A stretch of DNA of 63,752 nucleotides, the filler included, from Sphacelaria rigidula (lineage: Eukaryota), in NCBI GenBank assembly GCA_964200075.2. It is 10 parts of 10 records of this genome, joined end to end, with 100 filler letters (N's around TTAATTAATTAA, not from the genome) between each part and the next. Parts side by side here need not be neighbours in the genome. Positions count along the whole stretch, not along the records: positions 31,928 to 38,212 come from CAXNAA020021013.1; positions 38,313 to 44,597 come from CAXNAA020021014.1; positions 44,698 to 50,982 come from CAXNAA020021015.1; 7 more parts are not named here. One strand, 5' to 3'. The notes under the pieces are model-generated. The model did not search any database, was not told the origin of the DNA, and saw only the letters and a program-made list of their open reading frames with translations. Of the stretch, positions 37,899 through 51,082 are shown one piece after another (within the stretch, counting starts at the first letter, position 1; each line of letters opens with the position of its first letter). A program made the position numbers and the translations under genes.

Positions 37899-38139
37899 CG
37901 TAACAGTAAGGCCAAAATTACCGTGGCAGTCAGATTACCGCAGTTATGTTACCGAGAAGCTCACTGATTATTTTTCATCCAAGGTCTGCACCATCACCGA
38001 AACACCCCACCCCGCCGTCGGTGAAATGCGGCCTAATAAGAACCTGGTGACACCATGGGTGACAGCTAGGCAGGGCGTTTTTCGATTGGTCTTTTTCCAA
38101 GGCGACGGCTGAACAATCCCTTTCCCCCCTCGTCCGTCC

Positions 38140-38212
38140 ATACTCGGGGATAGATGGTGGCCAGAGACGGCGAAACAGGACGTGGATTAGATATGTAAGA
38201 GGTTCTTGTGTA
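38140..38212 (+). mobile_element. LINE fragment cut by contig end
   Basis: ILGDRWWPETAKQD. Confidence 0.8.
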
Positions 38213-38312
38213 NNNNNNNNNNNNNNNNNNNNNNNNNNNNNNNNNNNNNNNNNNNNTTAATTAATTAANNNNNNNNNNNNNNNNNNNNNNNNNNNNNNNN
38301 NNNNNNNNNNNN
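38213..38312. other. Artificial contig linker
   Basis: Same 100-nt spacer. Confidence 0.97.
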
Positions 38313-38523
38313 TCATGCAGTAACTGGGAAGAAGGTGAAGATGTTTTATAAGTCTTTATTATTACTATCCACACGTAGGAATTGAGTGAAGAGAGGTGCG
38401 GGAGGCGAGAACAGAGTAGTAGGGCACTCGCCTCCCGCACCTCTCTTCACTCAATTCCTACGTGTGGATAGTAATAATAAAGACTTATAAAACATCTTCA
38501 CCTTCTTCCCAGTTACTGCATGA
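38313..38523. repeat. Perfect 97-bp inverted repeat (17-nt loop) made of LTR sequence
   Basis: 38313-38409 is the exact reverse complement of 38427-38523. Confidence 0.95.
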
Positions 38524-38600
38524 GGGCACTACACTGTTTGAGCACACAGCACAGGGCTGTTGTTGCTGCGGCGTCATCTGATCTACCGATCATTTGAACA
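38427..38600 (+). mobile_element. Copia LTR 3' portion (ends TGAACA)
   Basis: Collinear with 39273-39446. Confidence 0.88.
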
Positions 38601-39446
38601 CGTTCACGTGTAGTTCGAACTAGGATCGTTGCTCTACATGGCGGACCAAGGCAGTCTTGTAGAAGAACTGAGGGCGCTGATCGAGGACAACACAGGGGCG
38701 ATAGACTTACCTGAGGACCCCTTAACCTCATCCAACAGTAAGCACATCGACGTACGGCACCATTTTCTCAGAGAGTTGGTTGCTAGTGGTGACATTTCTG
38801 TGAAGTATATACAGTCTGGAGAACAGGACGCCGATATTCTAACCAAGGCCATTGGTAGAGAGAATTTCGAAAAACATCGAGATTTTCTCCTAGGCAGGGT
38901 GTAGAATTCAGCTTTCGATTTTTTTTCTCTGTCTTAGTGGACTCTTATCATTTGAAATTAGGAATGATGGTAAGGAAATCAATCTAATATAGCAGCTTTC
39001 GATAACAAAGAAGTCATGCTTGGGCTTGTTAGTCGATAAAGCTAGGGAGGGTGCTGAATATAGTTAATCTACAAACCGTAGCCAAGAGCATGAGCGGGTT
39101 AATTGCGGGGTATTGGATTATTCTGGCGGAACTGTAGAGAACGTTCCTTGTGTTTCGAGAAAAGATACATTCTTCCGAATTCCTTCATTTGGGGACTGTA
39201 CTTGATATCTTTCTTTGACTGTAGATCTTGGATCGTGAGTAGTCGAGAACAGAGCAGTGCCCTACTCTCTCACTCGCCTCCCTCACCTCTCTTCACTCAA
39301 TTTCTACATGCGGATAGTAATAATAAAGACTTATAAAACATCTTCATCTTCTTCCCAGTTACTGCACGAGGGTAGTACACTGTTTCAGCACACAGCACAG
39401 GGTTGTCGTTGCTGCGGCGTCATCTGATCTATCGATCATTTGAACA
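38601..39446 (+). mobile_element. Ty1/copia 3' end: RNase H C-terminus, PPT, 395-bp 3' LTR (39052-39446), in RPB2 intron
   Basis: EDNTGAIDL...SKHIDVRHHFLRELV...QDADILTK; PPT agggaggg; TG...CA LTR. Confidence 0.92.
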
Positions 39447-39509
39447 AAATTTTCTTCACCTGTGTTTTTTTTCGCGTGTGTGCGTGTGTGCATGTGTGGA
39501 TGATGACAG

Positions 39510-39605
39510 GTGGGTCGCAATGAGCGTATCAACTACGCCAAGGGGTTGCTGCAGAGAGAATTCTTGCCGCATGTGGGGATCGGCCCAGGAACCGAGGCGA
39601 AAAAG
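39510..39605 (+). CDS. RPB2: RNA polymerase II second-largest subunit, exon
   Basis: cag|...|gtgact; VGRNERINYAKGLLQREFLPHVGIGPGTEAKK. Confidence 0.93.
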
Positions 39606-39944
39606 GTGACTACACAAAAAAGAAGCGGAGACTTCCGGAAGAAGCAAGAGAAAAACACACCCTTCTTTCGGTCACCGTCCGAAATTACAGTCAACAAAAT
39701 TGCCTGGATAACGTGCAATGCATCTCAGTTGCCTCTTGTCCAGTTTTACACCAAGAAAATAACGCGAATATGGGACCGTAGTATGGCTTACGTTTGCAGG
39801 CTCAATGGTTGTCCTTCGGGTAATATGGAAATATGATGATAGGTTGAGTGAAGGAAAATTTCTGTCCTTTCTTGTCTGTGTGCGAATGATGATGATTTAC
39901 GCTCATTTCTCATGTCTTTTTCTTTTTACCTCGCGTGTTGATAG

Positions 39945-40026
39945 GTGTTCTTCTTGGGGTACATGGTACACAAGCTGCTCATGTGCAGTCTAGGCCGATT
40001 AGAAGAAGACGATCGAGATCACTACG
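39945..40026 (+). CDS. RPB2: RNA polymerase II second-largest subunit, exon
   Basis: tag|...|gtgagc; [27 protein letters not shown]. Confidence 0.96.
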
Positions 40027-40286
40027 GTGAGCTTAGTGTGGACCCGCGCTCAGAACTGCTTGTCGACACCGAAAACAATATTTGCACCTGGCGGAATAGA
40101 TGGCTGGAGCTTGGTTGTCTCTATTGCATTTCCGTCCGTTCATTCCTTCGATTATCTCGTTTGTTTCTTCTTTTTCTGCGTTTTGTTTCACTATTTGGAT
40201 ATTCGCAAATTCATTTCATTGGGCGTGTGATGGACCGATTCCGTCGCTCCCTCAGGCACCTCAATCGACTCAAGCCATTGCTACTG

Positions 40287-40288
<2 letters not shown>

Positions 40289-40330
<42 letters not shown>
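40289..40330. repeat. (GT)n microsatellite just upstream of an RPB2 acceptor
   Basis: About 20 GT units. Confidence 0.95.
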
Positions 40331-40335
<5 letters not shown>

Positions 40336-40345
40336 TTGTTTGCAG

Positions 40346-40494
40346 GCAAGAAGAGGCTGGATCTTGCGGGAGCTTTGCTCGCGGGTCTATTCCGGCAGCT
40401 GTTCCGAAAATTGACGCAAAATGTCCGCAAGTACCTGCAGCTCTGTCTCGACAAGAGCACCCAGTTTGTCGTGGGAACAGCCATTAAGAGTCAG
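40346..40494 (+). CDS. RPB2: RNA polymerase II second-largest subunit, exon
   Basis: cag|...|gtgaga; [23 protein letters not shown]...AIKSQ. Confidence 0.96.
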
Positions 40495-41094
40495 GTGAGA
40501 CGGGATGTGGAAGGTGGGGTCATGAGAGTGACAGAAGCAGTCCCCCGTGAAGAAACGCGTAGTTGTGAAACGGAAGATAGCCTGAAGTACTACGGGCGCT
40601 ATGTCGGTGCCTCTTGTTGTAGAGTCTGGATTAGTGGATCTAGTGTGAGAGAGCACGCACAGCCTGTCTGTCCCAAAGAGAGACGGCGGGGTGATTTCCT
40701 CGGGAGCAAGATAGCTTGCAAGATGTTGGTCGTGCGGAAATGACCTCTATGGGATATTGTTTTGGGGACCGGAAATACTGAACCTCAGGTATGGCAGGAG
40801 CGTGGCTCGTCACAGAAGGCTTGATATGTATATGTTTGAAGGGTACCGGTGTGCATGTATGTGGAATTCGCATCACTTTCACTTGAAAAAATGATGCGTG
40901 ACACAGATGACCCGTAGTGACGCCCAAAGAACTAACGGCACTCTGCAGAAAGCACAGGACCGTATAGTTGTATACCGTGAGCCGTGGTGTCTCACCATGC
41001 ACCTTTACAAGGTCAGATTTTGCCTTCTCTCGCCACTACCGCTACAGCAGTGAGCGATCGACCTATTGAGGGGGATTGGGGGGTTTTCCTCGCG

Positions 41095-41445
41095 TACTAT
41101 TGTTAGATACAACTCGAAATTGCTGGTGTCGGTAGATTTTGGTACGATAAACGGATTCTACTCGAAACACAGTGCCCAAGTCAGTTTAATTTGGTGTTAT
41201 CGGGCGATACGAGTAAATACCCCGTTCATCAGGAGGGTTTTATTGAAATTGATAGTGAAACACAGTTTTTCGGCCTTGGAGCAATTATTGGGTAGAATTT
41301 CCAAAGAATAAAACTCAACACTTCTTCACAGACATGACCGGGACAGGCTCGATCGGCCGAAAATACTGAAGAATGAAAAATCTGGGCTGAAACGTGGCAG
41401 GACCCCCGATGACCAGTCATCCCGTAAGTCACTCAATATTGAGTA
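41095..41445. mobile_element. MITE family C copy in RPB2 intron
   Basis: Collinear with 14115-14450. Confidence 0.7.
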
Positions 41446-42792
41446 CTGTAAAACAAGTAAAATGAGTACATCGAGGAACCATAACTGACACAAATACATA
41501 TATCCATCTATGTTTGTATCTATAAATACTACGAAGCCTGGTCTATGAGTTGAAGGCTGCGTACACATTGGTCGGTTGCCTGATTGATTGTCGCACAATA
41601 ATTATTCCGATGTGAACCCTGCAGTGGTCACCAGATGGACGTACCCAAGGTGAATAAATAGATGAGCGTAAACACTCGCTAAAGAAAAATATATTACACA
41701 GAAAAATAGGAGGGGGGAAAAAAAAAGGAAAGAAGAGAACAGAACCTGAAAACAAAAAATGAACAGAGGGAGAAAAAAACATAAAAGGCGCTGTGCTAAG
41801 TAAGGTCTACCGTCTACTGTTGTGCCGGCACCGACAAAGCACTAAATCGTATGATATACAACAAGAGTACAAATATATTGTTGTACCGTACCATATTTAC
41901 AAGGGTCGTATTTTAGGAATCATCCCTGCTTCGAATCAGTAATTCTACGATTCCTGACGACTGATTGCTCGAGAGAAGGAGGCGGATCGCGTATCAAAAA
42001 GTGTCTGCAAATTTTGTTTTATTTCGCGTGCCTGGGGTGCTTGTGCCTGGGGTGTAGTGCAGTGCTGGAAACAAAGCCCAAGGATTGATTCGTACGGTAC
42101 GAGTCAATGACACTAAGAGTAAGTAATTTTGTGACGAATAATGACTCGTGTAACCCTTGGAGGTTTGTAGGTAAACGATGCAGTCAGTTCAACACATCTC
42201 TCTACATTTTTCAAGATATCAATCCACGGACTGTTTTTATTTTTTATTTTTTGACGAGCCGGGGTGATGATACCAAATAAATATCGATTGTAGTAAAATC
42301 TCGATGACGGAAGAAATGCTGCGTATAGCTCTAGCTCGAGCATGACTTAGTTTCACTTTTGACTAGTCATCATTTTGTCGCGTTCGACTACTGTGCTGCG
42401 TGTTATTTTCCATCTCTGGATGATGATGATGATGATGGATGGATGGATGGATGAAAATGACGACACGTACGTCCTGTTGAGAAGATGCGAAGTGGAGCAC
42501 TTCTGTTTGACATTGTATGTCTGGTTGTTCGGAAGCGTCCATCACGTATCTTGGAGACAAACAGCTCGTTATTGTCCAATGCATGTTCTGGGCGGGGTTA
42601 TCTCGAGAGCTTTTAGTCAGTCATTCGCCCGTTTTGGCTGGTCAGTTGATGAGCACCAACGATAGTCGCATATTATTGTGATGGTCACCTTCGTTTCTTG
42701 GTCAATGGTTAGTTGTGAGCGATCTTCATCTGATCCCCCCTTCCCTCCCTCTTTTCTTGTTTATCTTTTATCCTCTCTTATATTCACCAAAG

Positions 42793-42957
42793 TTCATCAC
42801 GGATGGACTGAAGTACTCTTTGGCGACGGGGAACTGGGGAGACAAGAAGGATGCCACGAAGGCAGGGGTCAGCCAGGTGTTAAATCGGCTCACGTACGCC
42901 TCTGCGCTGTCGCACTTGAGGCGGCTCAACACCCCGCTCGGCCGAGAGGGGAAACAG
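42793..42957 (+). CDS. RPB2: RNA polymerase II second-largest subunit, exon
   Basis: aag|...|gtgtgt; [16 protein letters not shown]...[31 protein letters not shown]. Confidence 0.96.
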
Positions 42958-43132
42958 GTGTGTAACATGCATTATGTTAGTGTATGTGTCATACTCTAAT
43001 GTGAGTGTTCTTATGGTGGTTTGTGTGCTGTCGATTGCCGTGCCTGATGTTCTCCATTTAAGCCGAGTCGGTGCTGGTGTCTTTGATCCTACGGTGGGGA
43101 GAAGGGGTGTACTCATGATCATGCATGCCATA

Positions 43133-44231
43133 CAGGCTGGTTCACGGAAAAAAAACCAAGAACACTCATCGGCAAAACCTCACGTCGTTTGAAGGAGTTA
43201 GACCCTGAAATTTTGCACAGGTGTTCTATGGGTTATTACTCAACTTTCCAAGGTCGAGTTTGTCTTTGCTTCTTGAATTTTTTCACCGTATTTCCGGGTC
43301 CCGTTTTTTTCGGGGAAAGTTTGATCCAGTCCAACGCCCGTAGAACGGTAAAAAAGAAACTTGTCCATCCGAAGTTGCGTAATGACCCATAGCACAGTTG
43401 TGCAAAATTTCAGGGTCTAACTTCTAATGAATGCGTGAAGATTTGTGCGAGGATGTGAGCTTGAGACGTGCAAATTCCTTACTACTTGGTTTGAGTAATA
43501 AAACATCTGTTAGGGTGAATTTTACGTCAAGGCAGGAAAAATTGTGTGAGATTTTCGAGTTTCTCCACGAAGCTTCGTACATGTGTTCCTTGGACCATCT
43601 CCGGACGCATTATGTTCTTATTTTTTCTTGTGAATCATTCTGTACCGCCTTCCGGGGGTCTTTGTACCGGGACCCCCGTAAGCCGGTAGAGAACGGATAA
43701 AGTTTGGACCCTTGCCAAGAGCACAATTTTTCCATTTGGAGCAATCAATACCTACGGAACTGCCAAGTTTCAGGATGATCTGAGCTTTTCTACAACAGAT
43801 ATAACGGAAATCATCACGAGGCTCCCTGTGTCTTTCCTGCGTATTATGATTGGAAATTAGACGACGCACAGACTCCACATCACCGAAATGTTACGGTTTC
43901 GGGTATAATTCGACCCTGTTGGAACCGTTTTCAAATCCGTTTCTCCCGTTAGATTCCTGAGGTGATGACGGTCACTACGGTTTGAAACATGTGGAAATTG
44001 GGCTTGAAATTCGCATTTTCAATTTCAGAACAGTTTGAAAGGCGCTGATTGGCCAAGACACATTTTTGTCCATAGCGCCACCGCTATCACCTTAAACAAA
44101 CATCTTACTATGTCACCCTCTTCATCTATTCATTGGGGTCAGTATGATACCATGTATGCGACTACTGGGTGCGTATTGCAGAAGGCATTTGCTGATGACA
44201 GAATTTGGGGGGTTTTCGGTGAACCAGCCTG
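43133..44231. mobile_element. MITE family D copy
   Basis: ta|caggctggttcac ... gtgaaccagcctg; homologous to 28022-29070. Confidence 0.82.
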
Positions 44232-44597
44232 TGGTCATGAGACCGTTGACTTCGCATCCCTACGAATTCAGGACAGAGCGCGTCGTACGATGAGGGGGGG
44301 GGGAGTTGCACAAAAAACCTAACGGGGTCGCGAGTGTGTTGCATGACCTCACACACTATTGTAGTAATGGACTTCTACACGGGTGGAGACAACGTCAATA
44401 AAGTTGAAAAGGAGATTGTAACTGACAGCAAGAGCATTGATCATGACGGATATTTTTGCTGGCGGCGATGTTTCAAAGTGGCTCCTTCGTGGAACAATTG
44501 GCTCAACCCCCCCCCCCCCCCCCCCCCCCCCCCTCCCCTGCGGGCTTTAGGGTTTCTGGTTGTGGTGACCTCGTTGAGAGTGAGGGGTGGGGTGGTG

Positions 44598-44697
44598 NNN
44601 NNNNNNNNNNNNNNNNNNNNNNNNNNNNNNNNNNNNNNNNNTTAATTAATTAANNNNNNNNNNNNNNNNNNNNNNNNNNNNNNNNNNNNNNNNNNNN
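44598..44697. other. Artificial contig linker
   Basis: Same 100-nt spacer. Confidence 0.97.
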
Positions 44698-44773
44698 GCT
44701 CCGGGAATCGAACCCCCCAACTCAACCATCAGAAGGTTACGAGGTTACCAACTGAGCCACCGGGGCGACCGGT
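44698..44773 (-). mobile_element. tRNA-derived SINE (family A) 5' head, cut by contig end
   Basis: Nearly identical to 6387-6455. Confidence 0.8.
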
Positions 44774-47700
44774 CACGAGTCCAACTTATATTTATAGAAA
44801 GACCGTATATATGCCAAGGCACGAAGTCTGAAGGTGCTGAACTGTTGCCGCCAATGATGAAGGGATATGAAGACGGTACACTTTGCAAACAAATAATGCA
44901 CCGTTGAGTAGCGCTTTGAGCACAATGTTGGACTTGAAGGATTGCTGCCAGCATGCTCTACTCGGGTGTTGGTGCTGGTGAAAGTTTTCGCTAAGCGGTA
45001 CAGCGTGAGTTTTGTGCGATCGCGTTTCAGATACCAAAATGGAAAATGACCGCCGTAACTGTACAGTGTACATACAGAGTACTTGCTATGTCAACTTTTA
45101 CGAAATATTCATCACAAGTGTGCACGCTCTGGTGGGAAGAATCGAGCCGAAACTCTAGCAGAAGACAGCTAAAGAGATCGTTTATAGTGTTGAGACAACA
45201 CGTGAATGACTACATATTTCATCGTGTTTACTAACTCCACCATGTCTTCCATTTGAGGGGTGTTGAAGGACGTGACACTAAATCAAGCACACTGCTGGGA
45301 ACACGAAAGCTGCTGCCATTCTGCCGCCAGCCCGGCCCCAAAACGTGTTCAGCGCATAATGCAAACATACCCATCGGGAGCAGTCGAAGTGGGCATATGA
45401 CTCCGCATTGCTCAAATCGGCTTTGAAACCGATCTAGCTGTTGTACATGACTCAAAGGCCGCATGGTGGGATAGGTGAGGGGAGAGCAAACAATCACCAT
45501 TTCCGTTATTGGGTTTGAGAGGATCGACGAGATGATGACGACTCGAGACACAGATACCCGACGACCCTACCCGTGTCAGCCTTTGAACACCCCCGCCAAC
45601 TACCAGGATTTCCGTCCTAACGAAAAATATTGTTTATCTCCACTGTATTACAGTGCACCGACAGCAAGAATATTGCTAGGCGTTGAAATAAATCACACCC
45701 TCCCATACACCTTCTTCGCCCTGGACACCCATCGCAGTGTACACCTCGCCCCACGGAAACAGAAATTGTCTAAAGTCTCAACAAAACTGACGGAAAAACG
45801 GACGATAGCAAGCAGACAGAAAGATGGACGTGAAGGGCATAAATAGATAGGTACGCGAAACGCAACGAGATGACATATATTATAGGACAGACAAACACAC
45901 GCACGCACATGCACGTCTCATCCGCAGCCAAGCCACAAACGTTATAATCTTTGAAGGTCAACCCCATCCTACTTTGAACCCAGTTGACCCCCGCACATAT
46001 TCGACGTGCCGTAACAGCTTAGATTTCCCCCAACCCCAACCGCTTACTGAGACCACTTACCCTGATAAAAATACGATACTCGTCGTTTTTCGCTCATGGC
46101 CAGCGGGCTTGGGTGGGTCGCTACCCTCGTCCCAAGCCTTATCTAGATTTCTTCGATCAGCCGGCCTCGTGCCGACTGTAGTAAACCCTGACGAAGATCC
46201 AGTGTAATGTAACGCAGCCGTTTCCGATGGGTTACAGGGGTATAGGTAGCCGGGAGCGGTGAGGCATGGTCATAATTCTCCTGGTTATTTTCTAATAACA
46301 CGTTTGGGTTATTTTCCAACAGTGAGATTTTGTATCTTGTGTCCAATTTGGTTTGCTCCTATACAAATTTCCGTATACTCGTAGTGAGTGTTGTTACAAG
46401 TATTTTTGATGATGTTGCTGATCATATCATGTCTACTTTTCCGTATTGCGCCAGGGCTTTCTTTCGCTCTCTTACTTATTCTTTTGTCTGTGGCGTTTTT
46501 GTTACAACTGAAAAAGAACAGGCCCTCCCTATTTTTTGTAAGGAACAGCGCACGAGCATTGGCAAAACGTTTGTACCCAACGTGTAGAACGTTCGAACGT
46601 TCGTGTGATGACATGCGACTCCAAAAAAGAGGGAAACAGGAAGGATAGACATGATCTTCTCGGTATCGCGGCTGAGTTATGATCCAAAATTCACTGCCTC
46701 GAGTGCACCTGCAGCCTCGAGAAGGCCTCGCCGGAACAGCTCCAGTAGCTCAGGTGGGTAGTTCATGGTGTCTCGGAAAGAACGCAAGTGCGTGATAAAT
46801 TGTCTTGACTGAGAAGCAATACTTGCGGCAGTAGCAAAAGCTGTCGGCGACAGAAGAGGCGGAGATTGCTTCACAGCACAATATATATGTCTACAGTCCT
46901 GGGTGTGTTGTCTGTCTCATGGTACAGTGCCGACAGCACGGTACGGAACGGCGTTCAACTGAAAGCATCAATTCATCCTTGAAGGAGCCTATACCGCCCT
47001 ACACTATGATCTGCACTCTAATTTCGTTCTGCAGGCTACCGCCATCTGCTGACTGATCAGCTGCTCCAAATTACTCGTCTTTGACAGTTGATGTCGCGGT
47101 CGCGGTCGAGCGAAAGGCCAGCTGCGCAGAAAAGCCCGAACTGTCGCGGTCTTATTCCGCATCTAACTCTGTGATGGCACCGAACAAGAGCCGTTACATT
47201 GCCACAGAACATGTAATTCCGTACGGGTGCAGATACTACCCACTGGACCGAATTGACATGGCACGTACCGCGGAAAGGGATAGCTCTGGCTGAACAAGAC
47301 GGCGGCCAATCATGGTTATGGGGAGTACGTGTGATTGACTTTGAATAAACAATTCAATGCAAACACAGCCGGCGGTCACGATCATGCAAAATGCGAGTGG
47401 GACAAATCCTGGGTACCTACAGGAGGACACTCATTGCACTATATTGACGAACAGCCATCGCAGAGGGTACATACAGCGGGGTACAGAGAGCCTCCACGTG
47501 CAAGACAAGGTGGATTTCATCAAAGGAGGGACTCGTGACTTGTTGAGCGGACCGTGCTGTGCTGTGCTGTACTCTACTGTACTGTAGGTATGAATTTTCC
47601 ATGTTCGGCAGGCATGGCAATCTTCAATTTTCTGCTCCTCAACTACGGGTCTGAATGAAAGGGCTGAAGCGTCAGTCATGAAAAAAATGTACGGCATACC

Positions 47701-48174
47701 CCTACAAGTCCCCGACAAAGAGGCGCTTGTTTCATTACTTCAACCACTATTTCAAGTCATTGAACCTAATTTTTTTTACCAATCCCACTTCGTTTCATCG
47801 TACATTTCATACGAGTTGGGACGGCCGTAAAATCTGGAGACCGTGGGCCCACCACAACTTCGTCAGTTCCCCAAATCAGCCCGATTTAGGCATAATCGCA
47901 GTGAGCTGCAGACCTACCTGATAACACAGCTCCGCCGCTGCTCGATTGGCGCAGTTTTGGCGATGACATCATTGTGCTGCATTGAGCACCGAGTATATCC
48001 CATATCATTTCGCGAGAGCGTGTTTGGAGACGTCTATTTTTACAAAACGCGGCGGAATCACGAGAGCCAAATTCGTCGCAGAGGTACGTGACAAATCGAT
48101 ACGCACAGTGGTCAAGAGCGCACCAGTAGTTATGCGAAATGACATGAAGCTCGTCAGCAGCTCGTTAAACAATG

Positions 48175-48445
48175 CCTTCATTGTGTGGATTCGAACGCTA
48201 GCGAGATGGTTCCAAGGCCACTTGGAGAAACAGTGCATGGTGCACGGCCAGGCGAAATGATTCATTTTGGTTATCTGTATGTTGGCCGGAGTGGGCCTGG
48301 ATTGGACGAAGTTGACGGATTCAAATACATATCAGGTAATCATAAATGATCTCGGTACTTTGAACTTTGTATGATGCGAACCAATTGAATCATGCACGGT
48401 CGTTCTAACAGCCAAGCGTTTGCTCGCTTGGTGTAGGACTCGAGA
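48175..48445 (+). pseudogene. Ty3/gypsy-type integrase remnant
   Basis: HCVDSNASEMVPRPLGETVHGARPGEMIHFGYLYVG...GFKY...NFV..EPIESCT...AKRLLAW; resembles 62749-63603. Confidence 0.7.
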
Positions 48446-50767
48446 TGGCACTGTTGAGATTGAACAAAAAAACACTCAGATTATGGGGGTGGGGGGGGTG
48501 GAAATCTACCAGCTTATGCGGGAAAAAAAGGTCAGGTCGGAATTGTAACTCGTGACCTGTGTAATTGGAGACTCCTCCATCAGTTGGACCACCGGGGTGC
48601 AGCGGTGTCACACAAAAAGTCTCACGCTCAGCCCAACTTTACGAGCTTCTACCCGAATTTTTACCAGGATATTTTGTGCGCAAGTAGAAGCAAAGTGGTG
48701 CGAGGTGCGGTCGTTTTTTTTTTTTCATGGACTGATGACGTTTTCTAGTTATTTGCTAAAGTTCGAATCACCACAACTTTTTATTGACATTTTTTAACAT
48801 TCGTCTCCCTCGACAAGTTTCACCTCTTGATGATGGAAATGTTGTGACAAAATTTCGGCGCCTAATTCCTCGAATTCAGCGTGGCGTCGCCTTTCTTCCG
48901 AAAAAAAAAACTTTTGGCTCGTAATACAAACATGCTTCTAGTATGCACTCCGTCACACATGGTTTTGCCGGTCTGCTGCGACCCGCAGCCACCGTACATT
49001 ACCGTGTGCGGCGGGATGATATCCAGCAGCGGTGCTCTGTCTATTGGTATACGGGTTACTGTACGACGTTTGCTGTGAGCGTCGCCGTGACCGCGGTATG
49101 GTTGTGGTGGCCGGTTGCGGCATTGCAGTCTCCATTTGTGCTGAACTTGCTGCTGTATCGTGCTCGGCTTTGGATACGGGGCATGAAATCCGAATGTGCG
49201 CATTTTTATGCTATGGTCGAGATTGCCAAAAAACAAATCGAGACACTATGCCCCTTTTTTTTAATCCTGGAGTGTTTCGGAGGGGGGGGGGTTACTCAAT
49301 CACATTCACGAATAAAATAATAATAAAAATACAGGTCTATCGCTGTCGTTGTGTGTTGTTGCATGCTGCTCGCGTGGAAGACGCTCCGAGAGAAGGACAG
49401 CACCCGCACCAATCCTGCTGGCTCCCTTTTGTAGGGTGCAGTGCTGTTGTTCTGGATATCTCGTGTTGATCGGTGCCGTACAGACAGAAAAAGCACGGTG
49501 CCCACTGGCTGGCCAGCGCTGGCGAATCTTGCGGTACAGATACGGTCGGTATCGCGACATAAAGTTGTTGAGGTGTGCAACGACGGAGACAACCAAGCAC
49601 TCTTCACACGGGACATCTGGAAGCTAACGCAGTCATGTATCTCTCTTGCGTGTGTGACCCCGTGTGCTAGAGCGCCGCTTCCTTCCGAAGATATGCAGTA
49701 CGCCTGCTTCATGACTAGGCGCTTGTGAAACTATTATCGATGCTCACTGCACATGCTTTTTCAGCTCTCCTGCTTCTACTGTTAGGGATGCTAATTATTA
49801 GAGCCTCCAAAAGGTGAACGAACCGTTCGACGACACCATTCCGGCCAGAGACTACTGATATTTTCTTCTTTTTTTTCTTCCTGGGATGCTCCACCTGGAT
49901 ACATTTGATTTTGTAATCCGCGAGAGAAAACAAGAAAACAAGAATGCTTTGTACTGCTGTACTGTACGTTTTAGTTCGACTTTGTCTTGACCTGTAGTGC
50001 TCCCCAGGGTGGTTCATCTCGGTTACATTGGCATAGTTTTGACGCGGAAATGAATGAACAGACGGCACGGGCGATGCAGTGCAGCAGGGAGGTGTGCGTG
50101 CCATGGGTGCGGAAGACCTTCTGCACTTCTTTCCCGACCGACCGGACCGATCATTCGCATCTCATTGGCTTGCGCGATTTTTCCATCAGGAAGATCCTAC
50201 ACACTCTTTCAGAACACTCGCTATACGTTGTTGGGCCCCGTTAGCTTCTCAAACTGTCCTGTAATCTAGCAAAGCTAACGACTGGAAATGGAAGCCCAGA
50301 CTAGACCCGGACAACAAATAACCGAACAGTGCAATCTTGTTGAGCTCTCTGCGACAGATGGGACTCTTGAGTAACGCACGTGTATCCATCAAATATCCCG
50401 AATAAATTTCGCACAAGAATCGTGCTAAACAACGATAAATATATATGATTTCAATTTAATTCTTTCACAACGAACCCTGAACTCGGTGCCGACAAGCGAG
50501 TCCGCGGTTCTCCAGTATTAATTCAGTTTGTGTACCTCTTATGATGCAGCTACCACGCCGATGGCCTGCCTTGTCCCCAACGCCGTCGGGTCATGACTCG
50601 TTGGCGGAAAACGACGCCGAAAAAATGCGAGCGCTTTTTTTGGTGGTTGTCGAGAGCACCCATACCTGCGCCCTACGCAAAGTATGCAGAAAAGTACTGC
50701 AGTGCGCAAACCCGTGCTTTTGCCGCAATTACTCTGATTGATGTACTGCCGTCTGTAGCTGGGCCTC

Positions 50768-50982
50768 CTGTGTGTGTGTGTGTTGTCGTCCCATCTATTC
50801 TGGACGCCGGTCTACACCTTTCGGTATATGTGGGCGCACCAGCCGGGGTCACACAGGAGGAAGGTCAACACAGGAGTTTTTTTTTTAGTACTCCACCTTC
50901 CTTCTGCGGTGCTTGTCTTTATTTTCTGTCGCGAGCGGGGTTCAGCAGTCCCTTTCCCTCGTCGGCCGTCAGGTCTATTTTT
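50768..50982 (-). mobile_element. SINE family A 3' half with (CA)n tail
   Basis: Collinear with 37680-37898. Confidence 0.75.
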
Positions 50983-51082
50983 NNNNNNNNNNNNNNNNNN
51001 NNNNNNNNNNNNNNNNNNNNNNNNNNTTAATTAATTAANNNNNNNNNNNNNNNNNNNNNNNNNNNNNNNNNNNNNNNNNNNN
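50983..51082. other. Artificial contig linker
   Basis: Same 100-nt spacer. Confidence 0.97.
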
